64,000 bases of DNA from an uncultured bacterium (GCA_963726455.1 CAVSCK010000004.1:1600001-1664000), one strand, 5' to 3'; shown: positions 1 to 11,439, counted from the stretch's first letter. A program made the numbers and translations. Notes: generated from the letters alone by a model not told the origin.

Positions 1-244
1 CCTTGACAGCGCGTCTAATGGCATCAGCGCTCAGATCACCGGTTGAAGTTATGCCAATCTTTTTATCCTTGATCGCACGAACATAAACGTTGGTGTCGGA
101 GCGATACATGTTCTGATGTATTTGCGATTCGGCAACGCGCGTGAGACTCAGGTCTTCGCCGATCAACACGAGTTCGGTCTGGTCGGCCTTCGAGGTCGCT
201 AATCCGGCTTTGAGAATCGTCAACGCCTGATCCTGATTGATCAT
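1..244 (-). CDS. TldD/PmbA (TldE) family protein, N-terminal part; runs off the window edge
   Basis: ATG at 244 overlaps the tldD stop (ATGA); manual translation MINQDQALTILKAGLATSKADQTELVLIGEDLSLTRVAESQIHQNM resembles PmbA N-termini; usual tldD-pmbA pairing. Confidence 0.75.
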   Translation of the reverse strand, partial: MINQDQALTILKAGLATSKADQTELVLIGEDLSLTRVAESQIHQNMYRSDTNVYVRAIKDKKIGITSTGDLSADAIRRAVK

Positions 245-1686
245 GCTCCCACCTTCACATTACGAAATCTCAGGTATGCTGCGCCCTGCGCCGTGCGGGC
301 GTTCTGGCCCGGTTCGCCTTTGCCGCAATTGGGCGTGCCCCAGAGTATCCAATCATCCTTGTGGCCGACGGAGTCGCAGCTATTCCAGAATTGCACAGTA
401 TTGCCGCTGTAGCTCGGGGCTTTGATCATGCCGCCAAGTTTCCCGCCTTTGATTTCCCAGCCGATTTCGCCGCCGAGTGTGAAATTGTCGCGGTTGTCAT
501 CTATCGACCAGGACGAGACGCCTTCGATGTACACGCCATCGTCAACCTCGGCGATCATGTCGGCGAATTTCTGCGTGCCCGGCTCAAGTAAGACGTTGGT
601 GATGCGCACCAGTGGAATGCTTCCCCACCCGTCGGCGCGCGCCGCACCCGACGACGGCATCCCGATTCTCGCTGCGGTTTCGAGCGAGCTGAGATAGCCG
701 ACGAGTTGGCCCTTCTGAATCAGTGGTACACGGCTGGTTGCCACACCCTCATCGTCAAACTTGAACGTTGCGAGCCCTCCGGCAAAGGTCGGATCGCTGT
801 ATACATTGACTATGTCCGACGCATACTTGAGCTTGTTGAGCTTATCGGTCGTGGCGAAACTTGTGCCGGAGAAATTGCGCTCGGAACCGAAAACGCGATC
901 GAGCTCCAGCGGATGACCGATCGATTCATGTATTTGTAACGACGCCAAATCGGGCGACAGTATTATCGTTGTAGTCTTGGCAGGACAATCAGCCGCCGTC
1001 GACATCGCCACGACCTCGGAAGTCAGTCGCTCAATTGCGTCCTCGATACCGAAGGTCTTGACTGCCTCAAACCCGCCGCTAACGAACTGGCCTGCTGAGG
1101 TCGGGAACGAGCGTTCGTAAACCTCGCGGCGGCTCTTCGCGATTCCGCAGGTGATACCGGCGCCGGTATGTGTCAATACCTGCTTGATTTCGCTGCCGGA
1201 ATTGGAGTAGAACAATTTGGTTTGACGGCGGAAATCGAGGAAGGTCGAACTGGAGTTGATCTGCGATGTCTTCGCGATCAACTCTTCCCAGTGCAAGAGC
1301 AGGTCAAGCTTGTCTTTATAGGCAAGCGCAAAGGGGTCGGTCGAAACCGGCGTTTCATAAGTCGCCTGACGCGCGGCCGGCTCGGCAAATTCAACTTTGT
1401 GGGTATTGACGCGGCGCGAAGCATCGGCGATGGCCATCGCCAATTTGGTGACGCGTTCACATTCAGCGGGATCAAATTTCGATGATGACGCAAATCCCCA
1501 GGAACCATCTTTCAAGACTCGAACGGCGTAGCCGGTCGAAACGGATTTCTCGACGGGGTTGACTTTTTTCGAAGTCGTAGACAGCCGCTCGGTCTCGATC
1601 TGCTCCACGCGCAGATGGCCATGCGAACAGGACTTGGCGGTAAGTTTGCGAACTACATCAGCGATTTTGCCGGCTTCTTCGATCAC
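241..1686 (-). CDS. tldD: TldD family metalloprotease
   Basis: HESIGHPLELD (HExxGH) motif, FDDEG, C-terminal CGKGEPGQ motif. Confidence 0.9.
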   Translation of the reverse strand: MIEEAGKIADVVRKLTAKSCSHGHLRVEQIETERLSTTSKKVNPVEKSVSTGYAVRVLKDGSWGFASSSKFDPAECERVTKLAMAIADASRRVNTHKVEFAEPAARQATYETPVSTDPFALAYKDKLDLLLHWEELIAKTSQINSSSTFLDFRRQTKLFYSNSGSEIKQVLTHTGAGITCGIAKSRREVYERSFPTSAGQFVSGGFEAVKTFGIEDAIERLTSEVVAMSTAADCPAKTTTIILSPDLASLQIHESIGHPLELDRVFGSERNFSGTSFATTDKLNKLKYASDIVNVYSDPTFAGGLATFKFDDEGVATSRVPLIQKGQLVGYLSSLETAARIGMPSSGAARADGWGSIPLVRITNVLLEPGTQKFADMIAEVDDGVYIEGVSSWSIDDNRDNFTLGGEIGWEIKGGKLGGMIKAPSYSGNTVQFWNSCDSVGHKDDWILWGTPNCGKGEPGQNARTAQGAAYLRFRNVKVGA

Positions 1687-2552
1687 AATGGTATCCCTAC
1701 GAACAAATCTCCGGTCAAATAGACTGCAATCATAAACAGAACGCCGATTAAAGTCAAGATAACTGCGCCGCCCGCCGAGACAATATTTTTCTCCGGCCGG
1801 AAATGGAATAACGTACCCTTGAATAAGACGGGTAGAGCCAGCCAGTAGATAATCAGAATCTCCACCATCGTCTGGCTATGGTTTGATCCGACCGGCCAGC
1901 CACCCCACAGGTAGCCGAATCGGCTCTCGGAGACCAGTGTACCCGCAATCAGTCCTCCGCCGAGCAATAGCACAGCAACGGTAAGCACTCGGCGCGACAG
2001 ACGGCCAAGCCGACGTTCACCGCGATGCAATGTCATAGTATCAAACAACGACAGGAATCCGAAGATCGCGGCGAGATACATGAGCCCCACTTGCACCGAC
2101 CAGAGCGCCAAGGTCGGCGTGCCCTCGAAGTAGAGCCGGATATCCAGCCCCTTGCCTTCCGGAATGCGGGCGATCAGGCGGCCATTGGTCGTGGTCAGCT
2201 CAAGATGGTAGTAATAGACCTGACCCTTGGGCAGGCGCGGAATCGTAGAGGAATGCAGATCATAACTGCCCGCGACGCGATCCATCTTCTTCGCAATGTA
2301 GTTGGAATCGCTCGCCAGCCGGTAGAGAAGATTCAATTCGTATGCTGATGTGTCGGCGGGCGTCGTGACCCAGGCGGTTATTTCCGGATCTTTGTCGACT
2401 GACTGGCGGTGAACGGCATCATGATCGACAAGAAAGCGTTCCGCCGAGGCGTCGAAGTAGTCCCGCTCTTGCGACTGTTGTGTAAATCGAGGTGTAATCC
2501 AAAAAAGCAGCAGTGTTAACAGGAAAGAGAGAAATACTTTAACGAGCTTCAA
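1683..2552 (-). CDS. Hypothetical membrane protein (N-terminal anchor, soluble domain, about 4 C-terminal TM helices)
   Basis: 289-aa ORF overlapping both neighbours by 4 nt; hydrophobic segments. Confidence 0.7.
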   Translation of the reverse strand: MKLVKVFLSFLLTLLLFWITPRFTQQSQERDYFDASAERFLVDHDAVHRQSVDKDPEITAWVTTPADTSAYELNLLYRLASDSNYIAKKMDRVAGSYDLHSSTIPRLPKGQVYYYHLELTTTNGRLIARIPEGKGLDIRLYFEGTPTLALWSVQVGLMYLAAIFGFLSLFDTMTLHRGERRLGRLSRRVLTVAVLLLGGGLIAGTLVSESRFGYLWGGWPVGSNHSQTMVEILIIYWLALPVLFKGTLFHFRPEKNIVSAGGAVILTLIGVLFMIAVYLTGDLFVGIPL

Positions 2553-3634
2553 TCCACCTCCGCCAGTTCTCCAGCTTTCTTAAGACTCTCTTCCTGATCC
2601 TTCGCTTGTAACGCCACAATGAATTCATCGATATCGCCCGCGAGCACATCGGTCAACTTGTACAAGGTAAGATTTATGCGATGATCGGTCACGCGATTTT
2701 GCGGATAATTGTAAGTTCTGATTTTTTCCGAACGGTCGCCGGAGCCGACCATCGACTTGCGCGCCGAGGCAATCTTCGCCTGCTGTTCGGCGACGGCATG
2801 GTCAAGCAAGCGCGCCCGCAGGACTTTCATCGCTTTGTTCTTGTTCTTGAGCTGCGATTTTTCGTCCTGACACGACACGACAGTTCCCGTCGGAATGTGT
2901 GTAATGCGCACCGCTGAGTCAGTCGTGTTGACCGACTGGCCACCGGGACCGGACGAGCGGAACACATCAATTCGCAGTTCCTCAGGATTGATCGCAATAT
3001 CAACCTCATCGGCTTCAGGCAGCACCGCGACGGACGATGCTGACGTATGGATTCTGCCGGATGCCTCCGTAGCCGGAACCCGCTGGACGCGGTGCACTCC
3101 CGATTCGTATTTAAGCCGCGAAAAGACATTCTCGCCGGACACCGAGAAGATTACTTCCTTGAGCCCGCCGACTCCCGTTGGGTTGGAGTTCATGATTTCG
3201 ATCTTGAAACCCTTGGCATCGGCATAGCGCGAATACATGCGGAACAGGTCGGCGACAAAAAGTCCGGCCTCTTCCCCACCGGTACCGGCGCGTATTTCGA
3301 CAATGACGTTCTTGGTGTCGTTGGGGTCGCGCGGCAGCAACAGGAGCTTGAGTTGTGCCTGCACAGTTTCCAGTTCCGCTTCCGTCTGCTGCAATTCCAT
3401 TTCTGCGAGCTGCACGAGTTCGGCATCCGCGCCTTCGGCGATGATCTTGTGCGCCTCGTCGACGGCGTTGCGGAGTCTGCGGTATTTCTGCCCAACGGCG
3501 ACCACTTCGCTCAATTCCTTATGTTCGCGCGACAGCCGCGAAAACAGGCGACGGTCGGAGTGGACTTTCGGGTCGGAAAGCTCGCGCGAGATATTATCGA
3601 GCTTCTCTTCGACTGATTTAACTATCTCAAGCAT
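2549..3634 (-). CDS. prfA: Peptide chain release factor 1
   Basis: GGQ motif ([14 protein letters not shown]), PxT specificity motif (RVPATE), [11 protein letters not shown]; start taken at MLEIVK (3634). Confidence 0.97.
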   Translation of the reverse strand: MLEIVKSVEEKLDNISRELSDPKVHSDRRLFSRLSREHKELSEVVAVGQKYRRLRNAVDEAHKIIAEGADAELVQLAEMELQQTEAELETVQAQLKLLLLPRDPNDTKNVIVEIRAGTGGEEAGLFVADLFRMYSRYADAKGFKIEIMNSNPTGVGGLKEVIFSVSGENVFSRLKYESGVHRVQRVPATEASGRIHTSASSVAVLPEADEVDIAINPEELRIDVFRSSGPGGQSVNTTDSAVRITHIPTGTVVSCQDEKSQLKNKNKAMKVLRARLLDHAVAEQQAKIASARKSMVGSGDRSEKIRTYNYPQNRVTDHRINLTLYKLTDVLAGDIDEFIVALQAKDQEESLKKAGELAEVD

Positions 3635-4577
3635 CGGCGAACTCTCTGACTTCGACGTTCTGCGGCATGCCGAGCGAGGCGCGCACCGCAACGACGGCAA
3701 CTTCCAGTTGTTCCGGGGTGGGTTCTTTCGTGGTGATCAATTGCAGCCAGAGGCCGGGACGGATCATGATTTTGGTGAACCGGTTGTCACGTGTCTTGCC
3801 GGACAGTTTAAGCAGTTCATACGACCCGCCGGATACCAGCGGCAGCAAGGCGAAATGCACACCGAAACGCACGAATAGTTGCGGCGGATGGCCGGTCTTG
3901 AGTTGATACAACGTGTCGGCTATGGCGAAAATCAAAATCGCAAAGAGCGCAACAATCAGAATGAACGATGTGCCGCAACGCGGATGCAGAGTTGTATACT
4001 TGGTCGCATTCTCAACGGAGATATCTTCCTTGTTTTCCCACGCCCAGATTGACTTATGCTCGGCGCCGTGATATTCGAAAATGCGGCGGAAATCCTTGAA
4101 CAGAGTCAGAATCCAGACATAGGCGACAAACATGGTCACGCGAATCCCGCCCGCAACGAGGTTAAACAGAAGCGCGTCTTTCTGGATGCCAAACAGCGAA
4201 GTGATCCACAGGGGCAGGAAGAAGAAGAACGCAATACCGACTGCCAGCGCAACCACGACACTGACTGCGAGCATGATGGTGTTCGGCTTTGATGACACGA
4301 CCGGATCCTTGCCGTTCTGGCGGTCAATATCTTGTCCGGCGATTTCGGCGGAGAAATTCAACGACGAAATGCCAATGCCCATCATCTCGAACAGCGCGAC
4401 AAACCCGCGCAGAATCGGCCAGGAAAAGATCTTGATACGCTTCGACAACGGCAGATACGGCTTGGTCTTCACCAAAATCGACTTGTCGGCGCGCCTGACC
4501 GCGGTGGAAATATGCGTCGCGGAACGGATCATGACGCCTTCGATGACTGCCTGTCCGCCTACTTGAAAATCCGCCAT
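3627..4577 (-). CDS. DUF1385 (YqhQ-like) membrane protein
   Basis: [31 protein letters not shown] motifs; typical position between rpmE and prfA. Confidence 0.9.
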   Translation of the reverse strand: MADFQVGGQAVIEGVMIRSATHISTAVRRADKSILVKTKPYLPLSKRIKIFSWPILRGFVALFEMMGIGISSLNFSAEIAGQDIDRQNGKDPVVSSKPNTIMLAVSVVVALAVGIAFFFFLPLWITSLFGIQKDALLFNLVAGGIRVTMFVAYVWILTLFKDFRRIFEYHGAEHKSIWAWENKEDISVENATKYTTLHPRCGTSFILIVALFAILIFAIADTLYQLKTGHPPQLFVRFGVHFALLPLVSGGSYELLKLSGKTRDNRFTKIMIRPGLWLQLITTKEPTPEQLEVAVVAVRASLGMPQNVEVREFADA

Positions 4578-4630
4578 CTATATCCTCTGAAGAATTACGC
4601 TTTCAATCCAACAACGTGAAATTTTCACCC

Positions 4631-4681
4631 AAATACAAAACGGCAGGCGTAGTTTTACCACTACTCCTGCCATTGTATTTT
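4631..4681 (-). terminator. Probable intrinsic terminator after rpmE
   Basis: Imperfect inverted repeat GGCAGGCGTAG/CTACTCCTGCC with A/T-rich flanks, just after the rpmE stop. Confidence 0.6.
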
Positions 4682-4690
4682 GAAATTAAG

Positions 4691-4933
4691 CTAGCTGTCG
4701 GCTTTGGGATGTGCCGGGGCCGGCATCGGGGTCTTCTGGCCGTATTTGCGGCGGAAGCGATCGACGCGACCGGCGGTATCGACCAGCTTCTGCCGTCCGG
4801 TATAAAACGGGTGGCAGGCGGAGCAAAGGTCGACCGACATATCTTTGGCCATCGTCGAACGCGTCTCAAACTCGTTGCCGCAGGCGCATTTGACTTTGAC
4901 CTTAACGTACTTGGGATGAATTTCTGGTTTCAC
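4691..4933 (-). CDS. rpmE: 50S ribosomal protein L31, zinc-binding type
   Basis: (M)KPEIHPKY...CACG...[10 protein letters not shown]...[10 protein letters not shown]; GTG start at 4933 preceded by GGAG. Confidence 0.96.
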   Translation of the reverse strand: MKPEIHPKYVKVKVKCACGNEFETRSTMAKDMSVDLCSACHPFYTGRQKLVDTAGRVDRFRRKYGQKTPMPAPAHPKADS

Positions 4934-5194
4934 GTGTTTTCCACTCCTAAACTCAGTCACATTAGCTGATTATTATATCAATGGATCCGGTTCTTGGCAA
5001 GTGATCTTTTCGATTGTCGTACTTTTTCAAAGTTCCCGGGCGTCAACCTTCGGTATTTCAGTCAGTTACAAGGCCGCAGGCCAAAACAGAACCGAGTCGG
5101 GACTTCAGGCTAGGTTTGTCAATGGATGTATCCCGACTCCAGTTCAGTCAACGGATCAATCGTTGTCGAAGGATAGAACCGGAGATACGAGGAA

Positions 5195-5725
5195 TTGTTC
5201 CTGTGGGTCAAAATTGCTTCGCCAACACGATTAAATGATTGCGATACAAATCCACTTCTGCAATCTTGCCACGTGGGTCAGGATGCACTCCGAAAAGGCA
5301 GGATATCGCTCCCCGGGCACTACTATCATGTGATCAGCAAGACACTTGATGACATTGCGCTCTTCACCAGTATCGAGACTTGTCGACCGGTCGCGCATGC
5401 CTTGGCGAGTCTCGCAAGCGAGCAACTGATTCAAAATATCGCCTGGGTCTTGATGCCCAATCACTTTCATTGGTTACTCAAGCTCGGTGAAAGCCTCACC
5501 CTTTCTCAGGTTGTAGGCAGATTCAAGGGACGGGCAAGCCACGACCTGAACATTGTATTACATCGCTCCGATCCGGTCTGGGAGCGGGCATTCTTCGATC
5601 GCGCCTTGCGTAAAGATGAGGACGTTAGACGGGTTGCAGAGTACATCGTAAGCAATCCCGTTCGAGCGGGTCTTGTCAATGATATCGGGCAGTTTCCCTA
5701 TTGGGATGCATGCTGGCTGGAATGA
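5195..5725 (+). mobile_element. REP-associated tyrosine transposase (RAYT, Y1 HUH family); exact start uncertain
   Basis: LRKGR...YYHV, AWVLMPNHFHWL (HUH), FKGR, VWER-FFD, YIVSNPVRAGLV (catalytic Tyr); followed by REP copies. Confidence 0.9.
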
Positions 5726-5740
5726 TGTTTGTCCAGTGAA

Positions 5741-6069
5741 GATCGCGGCCAAAACGGCTCCTACAAATAAGGCATTAATCGACCGGGTATGAAGCTGATC
5801 GAGGGCGCGCTAGTCGAACATCGCGGCTGAAGCCGCTCCTACCTCACAAGGAGTTGATTTGCCGTGTATGATAATGGTCGGAGCAACTTTGATTGAAGGT
5901 CGCGACTTGCTTGATTGGTGACACCGGCTATGAGGAAGTCGCGCCTAAAGTCGCTCCTACAACCAAGATGAGGTGTCCGTTGTCTAGTCAAATTGTAGGA
6001 GCGACTTTAGGCGCGACAACTCATTAGAGATCTACCTCAAACTCTTGTAGGAGCGGCTTAAGCCACGAT
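5741..6069. repeat. Cluster of five GTAG-type REP elements plus one degenerate copy, including a REPIN
   Basis: GTAGGAGCG(A/G)CTT(T/C/A)AG..GCGA-type copies at 5741-5764(-), 5821-5842(-), 5938-5960(-), 5995-6017(+), 6047-6068(+); 5938-5962 and 5993-6017 are a perfect 25-bp inverted pair. Confidence 0.88.
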
Positions 6070-6153
6070 AGCTCTCTTTTCTCAAGTCGCACGAACAACG
6101 TCAAAACCGAAGCGGTTTTGACCTACAGAACTTCCAAAACTGTTCTTGAAAGC

Positions 6154-6618
6154 CTATCGCGCGCGATGAAGCGTGATCAACCTCTTCACAATTCCGCGCG
6201 ACCAGTACATTCTACCCGTTGCGTCACATGCGAAGGCAACGTACTTGTCTGAAGAGAATCCAATGTCCGTCTCATCAACGAGATACGATTCGGATTTGCC
6301 TTCGCCGATTTCGCGCGAACCTTTCTGAAGCGAATCTGCCGCAATGAAGGCATAAGTCGAGTGACCCTTCGGGCAAAGCATGCCCACCTTTGAGATTGTC
6401 ACTGGTCTTCTACCTCGATTTGCCACAATGACACAGATATATGACTTCGCTCTGTAGATCGGATTCGGTGGATGAATAGCATATCCGCCCGAGACTTTGA
6501 CAATTACGTGATGCTTGTCGCGCCTGTACATCATGAATTGGATGACAGCCACAATTGATGCGACTAGCGCTCCGTATATGCCGATTACGAGGGAGACTTC
6601 CACGTTGCCCCACTGCAC
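6154..6618 (-). CDS. Hypothetical protein with N-terminal TM helix
   Basis: 154-aa ORF; hydrophobic N-terminus followed by YRRDK and a beta-rich segment (VIVANRGRRPVTI). Confidence 0.6.
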   Translation of the reverse strand: MQWGNVEVSLVIGIYGALVASIVAVIQFMMYRRDKHHVIVKVSGGYAIHPPNPIYRAKSYICVIVANRGRRPVTISKVGMLCPKGHSTYAFIAADSLQKGSREIGEGKSESYLVDETDIGFSSDKYVAFACDATGRMYWSRGIVKRLITLHRAR

Positions 6619-6647
6619 GATTCGTTCTAAGGCGTCGCTTTGGTTTC

Positions 6648-7895
6648 CTAGTCCTTCATCGAATCCAAGAACTTCTTGTTCGTCTTGGATTTCCGCAGGC
6701 GGTCGAGCAGGAATTCCATCGCCTCGATGGCGTTCATGTCGGCCAAGAATTTCCGCAGAATCCAGATGCGCGACAACTCGGTGGCATCCAGCAACAACTC
6801 TTCCTTACGCGTGGACGAACGATTGATGTCCATGGCGGGGAAAATACGCCGGTCGGCCAGACGACGGTCAAGCACGATTTCGGAGTTACCGGTACCTTTG
6901 AATTCTTCGAAAATTACTTCGTCCATGCGCGAGCCGGTTTCAATCAGGGCCGTGCCGACGATCGTCAGCGAGCCGCCTTCCTCGATGTTTCTGGCGGCGC
7001 CAAAGAAACGTTTCGGCTTCTGCAACGCGTTGGAGTCGACACCACCGGACAGAATCTTGCCCGAATGCGGCACGACGGCGTTATGGGCGCGCGCCAGACG
7101 CGTGATCGAGTCGAGCAGAATCACGACGTGATGCTGATGCTCAACCAGGCGCTTGGCTTTCTGCAGCACCATTTCGGCAACCTGCACGTGGCGTTCCGCC
7201 GGTTCATCGAAAGTCGATGACACGACCTCGCCCTTAACCGAGCGCTTCATGTCGGTCACTTCCTCCGGGCGCTCGTCGATCAACAGCACGATCAGCTTGC
7301 ATTCCGGATGGTTGGTCGTGATTGAATTGGCCAGCTTCTGCAGGATGATCGTCTTACCGGCTTTCGGCGGCGACACGATCAATGCGCGCTGGCCTTTGCC
7401 AATCGGACACATCAAATCGAGTACACGCGTGGTGACCTCTTCCGGCTGAGTTTCCAGGTGGAAACGCTCATTCGGATAAAGCGGCGTCAGGTTATCGAAG
7501 AGAATCTTGTGTTTGGCAATTTCAGGATTTTCGAAATTGACCGCTTCAATCTTGAGCAGCGCAAAGTAGCGTTCGGACTCTTTTGGCGGACGAACCTGGC
7601 CGGAGATGATGTCGCCGGTACGCAGGTCGAAACGCTTGATTTGTGACGGCGAAACATAGATGTCGTCCGGGCCGGGAAGGTAGTTGTAGTCGGAAGAACG
7701 CAGGAAGCCGTAGCCCTCCTCCAGGATTTCCAGCACGCCCTCGCCAAAGATCAAGCCGTCTTTTTCGGTTTTTGCTTCCAGAATTTTGAAAATCAGCTCG
7801 GATTTGCGTAAACCCGAGACGCCGGGAATCTCCAATTCCTCCGCGTGCTTCAACAGCTCGGCGATGGTTTTGGATTTAAGCTCGACGATGTCCAT
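6648..7895 (-). CDS. rho: Transcription termination factor Rho
   Basis: [56 protein letters not shown]. Confidence 0.99.
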   Translation of the reverse strand: MDIVELKSKTIAELLKHAEELEIPGVSGLRKSELIFKILEAKTEKDGLIFGEGVLEILEEGYGFLRSSDYNYLPGPDDIYVSPSQIKRFDLRTGDIISGQVRPPKESERYFALLKIEAVNFENPEIAKHKILFDNLTPLYPNERFHLETQPEEVTTRVLDLMCPIGKGQRALIVSPPKAGKTIILQKLANSITTNHPECKLIVLLIDERPEEVTDMKRSVKGEVVSSTFDEPAERHVQVAEMVLQKAKRLVEHQHHVVILLDSITRLARAHNAVVPHSGKILSGGVDSNALQKPKRFFGAARNIEEGGSLTIVGTALIETGSRMDEVIFEEFKGTGNSEIVLDRRLADRRIFPAMDINRSSTRKEELLLDATELSRIWILRKFLADMNAIEAMEFLLDRLRKSKTNKKFLDSMKD

Positions 7896-7975
7896 AACAG
7901 GTGAATCCTTTCAGGTATATTATTTAGAATTAAAATTTCCGCTTATCTGCCAGCCCCCGCAGGTGTGATGAAAGG

Positions 7976-8332
7976 TCAGGCGGCGACTTCTTCAGCCGGA
8001 GCGTCGCCCCAAAGATCCTCTAAGCCGTAAAACTCTCTAACCTCTCGTACAAACACATGTACGACGACATCAACGTAATCCAATAACACCCAGCGCAATG
8101 ATTCGTAGCCTTCGCGATGCCAGTATCTTTCGCCGTCTTGCTGCAGCACTTCAGAGATGTGGTCGGCGATGGCCCGGACCTGGACGTCGGCATCGGCGCT
8201 GCAAATCACGAAGTAATCGCAGATCGTCGAGAGTTTGCTCAGGTCCAGTATCCTGATATCATACGCTTTCTTGTCCAGGGCAAGATCAGCAATCTTGCGC
8301 GCCAGATCGTGAGAGGTCGTTAGGGAGCTTAA
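7976..8332 (-). CDS. rsfS: Ribosome silencing factor RsfS (Iojap); start codon uncertain
   Basis: DKKAYDIRILDL, CDYFVICS, WVLLDYVDVVVHVF, REFYGLEDLW; SD AAAGGAG at ~8348-8342. Confidence 0.92.
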   Translation of the reverse strand, partial: LSSLTTSHDLARKIADLALDKKAYDIRILDLSKLSTICDYFVICSADADVQVRAIADHISEVLQQDGERYWHREGYESLRWVLLDYVDVVVHVFVREVREFYGLEDLWGDAPAEEVAA

Positions 8333-8354
8333 GGTCTGAATCTCCTTTCTCGAG

Positions 8355-8873
8355 TTAGTTAGCGGTTGTCGCGCGTGATAAGTATCTGTCATAATCCAGG
8401 CCGACAACCAGTGAATAATCTATGTCCAGGAAGTTGTCCTCCAACTCCTTGAAGGTAACCAATTCCGCGGGAACTCCCAGTTTGGCCGCCAGCCGCGCCG
8501 CATTGGGATCGGCGGTTTTGCGGGCGATCAACATGGTCTTTTCCTGCTTGAAAGATCCGAAATTACGGTCATCAATTACGTCAATCACGAAATCCGGCTT
8601 GCCGGTGTCGCGCAGAAACTTGGAAAATTTGGCGGCAATTCCGGTCACGCCGCAACCGTTCAGCACCTGCATCCGCAGGTTGACCGGTTCGAATACCTGT
8701 GATTGCGATTGTCCCTTGGGTGGCTGCGGGGCGCTTTCTCCCTGCGTGTACTTGAGGGCAACTGAGCCGACAAACACCAATACCGTCAGTGACACGACAA
8801 TCAGTAAGAAGTCGATTATTCGGCTGCCCCTTCTGGGTTTAGCCGCCTTGGATTTAGTACGATCCGCTTTCAA
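8355..8873 (-). CDS. LytR C-terminal domain-containing membrane protein
   Basis: One TM helix, then QVLNGCGVTGIA and C-terminal LVVGLDY; usual neighbour of rsfS. Confidence 0.85.
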   Translation of the reverse strand: MKADRTKSKAAKPRRGSRIIDFLLIVVSLTVLVFVGSVALKYTQGESAPQPPKGQSQSQVFEPVNLRMQVLNGCGVTGIAAKFSKFLRDTGKPDFVIDVIDDRNFGSFKQEKTMLIARKTADPNAARLAAKLGVPAELVTFKELEDNFLDIDYSLVVGLDYDRYLSRATTAN

Positions 8874-8924
8874 ATCTATTCTGTCTGTTTTGAGGCATCA
8901 AGCGTAAGGGGGAAAACTACACCG

Positions 8925-9423
8925 TCACCGGTCATCAAAAACTGAGTCAAACCTCCCATAGGGTGAACCATAGTAATATTCATACGGAGATACCGTCTGG
9001 TAACTCATCACGAAGCGAAAGTACTTGGAGGGCCGCCAGTCCAGACGAACGCCCGGTAACAACCGGTTGCCGATCGAGGACTGCGTCTGTGCGCCGAACA
9101 TTCCCTGTGGCTGGTGCAGGTAAGCGATAGAGAATGACACATGCAGCGGCTTGGCAAACTCGTAGTCGATCTGATTGATATACATACCAATCATCTGTCC
9201 CTGCCTACCGCCGGAAAAGTAGCTCAAGCTGTAGCTCTGGCTCATGTGCAGACGGGAAACATCAAACAACGAGAAGACCGGCCGCGGACTGCCCGGAGAC
9301 AGTGTGGAGGCGTTCGCCGACGACCCCGCATTCTGACTCACCATAGCTATCAGCGACAGCACTACCCATAAGGAAGATGCACGCCGCCAGCGTTAAGCCC
9401 GTGATGAATATCACTTTTCTGAT
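8925..9423 (-). CDS. Hypothetical exported protein; frameshift near 9330-9360 separates the signal peptide from the body
   Basis: SD AGGAG at 9435-9431, signal-like RKVIFITGLTLAACIFLMGSAVADS in one frame, beta-strand-rich body (8925-9362 ORF) in another. Confidence 0.55.
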
Positions 9424-9485
9424 ATCAGATCTCCTGCAATTCCTAAGTATTATACGTTTGAATCTATCGGCTGCCCAATTTTTTG

Positions 9486-10233
9486 TCAACGTTTTAATTC
9501 AAAAAAGATAGCTTCCAACTCCTTGAGCTGCGCCACGGAATTGACGCCGAGCGCCTCACGGTAGTCATCCAGGACCACGGCTCCGGTCGGCTTACCGTCA
9601 CGCATCAGTATCTGCACCACATCAGTCAAGTAGTATTCGCCTTGCGCATTATTCCGATCAACCTTGTCCAGAGCGGCATCCAATGATTTGGCGTCAAAGA
9701 TGAAGATGCCGGTGTTGATCTCGGTTATTTTCGTCTCTTCATTAGTACAATCGGCCTGCTCCACGATTTTCTTTACTTTGCCTGATTCGCTGCGCACAAT
9801 TCTGCCATAGCCGGTGGCATCGGGAACAATCGATGTCAACACCGTGGCAGTGTTGCGTTCTGCCACATGGGTGCTCATCAGACCTTCCAGCGATTCACGT
9901 CGCAGCAGCGGAACGTCGCCGGTGATGACAAGCACGCCACCGTCGAAATTGCGGAAGTGGTCCTCGAGCACACTTGACGGCGTCAGCAGTTCCCTTTTGT
10001 TCATGCTGAACTACGAAATCGATGTCCGTGCCGTTGTAAAGCTCTTCGACCTGTTCCCGCCCGTGTCCAACCACGAGCACAACTTTGCGCAGTCCAAGTG
10101 ACTTCAGTGTGTCGGTGAGGTAAGTAATCAGTGGCCGTCCGGCAATGGGATGAAGGACTTTGGGCAGGTCAGAATTCATCCTCTTGCCTTTACCGGCAGC
10201 AAGCACAACGGCGATGACGTTTGGGAAATTCAT
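9486..10233 (-). CDS. GlmU-like sugar-phosphate nucleotidyltransferase (N-terminal domain only), frameshift near 9980
   Basis: VLAAGKGKRMNSDLPKVLH, QxxQKGTADAV, GDVPLL, GYGRIVR, EINTG, NNAQGEYYLTD, GVN spread across two frames. Confidence 0.85.
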
Positions 10234-10583
10234 TAACGAAGTGGGCGATTCTGCTTGTCGACTTTGACGATCTTGGGCGTGTGCTTGGCGGCTTCTTCGG
10301 GAGTCATGAGCACATACGTGATAACGATGACTTCATCCCCGACCTGACCGAGACGCGCCGCCGGCCCGTTGAGGCAGACAGTACCGCTTCCGGGTTTGCC
10401 CTTAATGGTGTATGTCTCAAATCGCTCACCGTTGGCGACATTGACGACCTGCACCTTCTCGCCTTCAAGAATATTGGCGGCGGTCATCAAATCGGGATCG
10501 AGCTCCAACGAACCTTCATACTTGAGGTTGGCATCGGTGATCGTTGCCCGGTGGATTTTCGATTTGAACATCTGTAACAACAT
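10233..10583 (-). CDS. panD: Aspartate 1-decarboxylase
   Basis: KSKIHRATIT, YEGS cleavage site, NGERFETY, CLNGPAAR. Confidence 0.97.
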   Translation of the reverse strand: MLLQMFKSKIHRATITDANLKYEGSLELDPDLMTAANILEGEKVQVVNVANGERFETYTIKGKPGSGTVCLNGPAARLGQVGDEVIVITYVLMTPEEAAKHTPKIVKVDKQNRPLR

Positions 10584-10585
10584 TT

Positions 10586-11435
10586 TCAATCAACCTTTAT
10601 AACTATGTTGTCGATCAGCCGCACGCCGTCGATACGACATGCCAGACTGATTGCCATCTTGCCGGTGATTCTTGGTCAACTCCGCCAACGTTTCCGCGTT
10701 GGCGACAGACACATAATCCACACCGGCTCTCGCGTCTTTAACGAGGCGCCGCTTAATAAAGTTCCGGATTTTCGCGGCGCTGCGTTCACCCGCCAGGATC
10801 ATCTGCCGGGCGGCAAAAAGAGAACGCGATAGCTCTAATGCCCGCACACGGGCTTCAGTAGAAAGATAAACATTCCGTGACGACAAAGCAAGCCCGTCGG
10901 TATCGCGCACGGTGGGAGCGATCATAATCTTAACGGGTACATTCAGATCCCTAACCATTTGCCTGATGACTACCGATTGCTGCAAGTCTTTCTGGCCGAA
11001 AATCGCGAGATCGGGCAGGACGATATTGAACAGCTTGAGCACGACTGTGGCGACGCCCCTGAAGTGGGCTGGGCGGAATTTCCCCTCCAAAATCGTGGCG
11101 ATTTGCTCGGGAACGACGTAGGTATCGAAATTATCAGGATAAATTTCATCGGCATTCGGATTGAACACGAGATCGACGCCGAGCGGTTGCAAGAGCTTAC
11201 AGTCATGTTTGAGATTGCGTGGATAGCGGCGGAAATCCTCGTTGGGAGCAAATTGCGTTGGATTTACAAAGATGGAAACGACAACGACATCTGCGAGCTT
11301 GCGAGCGCGGCGAACAAGGTCGAGATGCCCTCGATGCAGGGCACCCATGGTCGGGACAAGGGCGATCGTTTTGCCCTGCCGCTTGAGCTGCAGCGCCTGC
11401 CTTTGCATTTGTTGGACGGGCAGAATGACGCGCAC
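10586..11435 (-). CDS. panC: Pantoate--beta-alanine ligase; frameshift near 10670 before the RLIDN tail
   Basis: VPTMGALHRGH, SIFVNPTQF, RPAHFRGV, FGQKD, DGLALSSRN; shifted frame gives GVRLIDNIV. Confidence 0.95.
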
Positions 11436-11439
11436 GCAG

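Noticed and set aside
3047-3878. Long antisense ORFs (e.g. 3047-3616, 3237-3878, 6555-7220, 33197-33859, 55591-56529)
   Set aside because: They are shadow frames of strongly supported opposite-strand genes and show no protein motifs
5741-6069. Mini CRISPR array
   Set aside because: Repeats occur in both orientations with irregular spacing and have the GTAG-plus-palindrome form of REPs beside a RAYT
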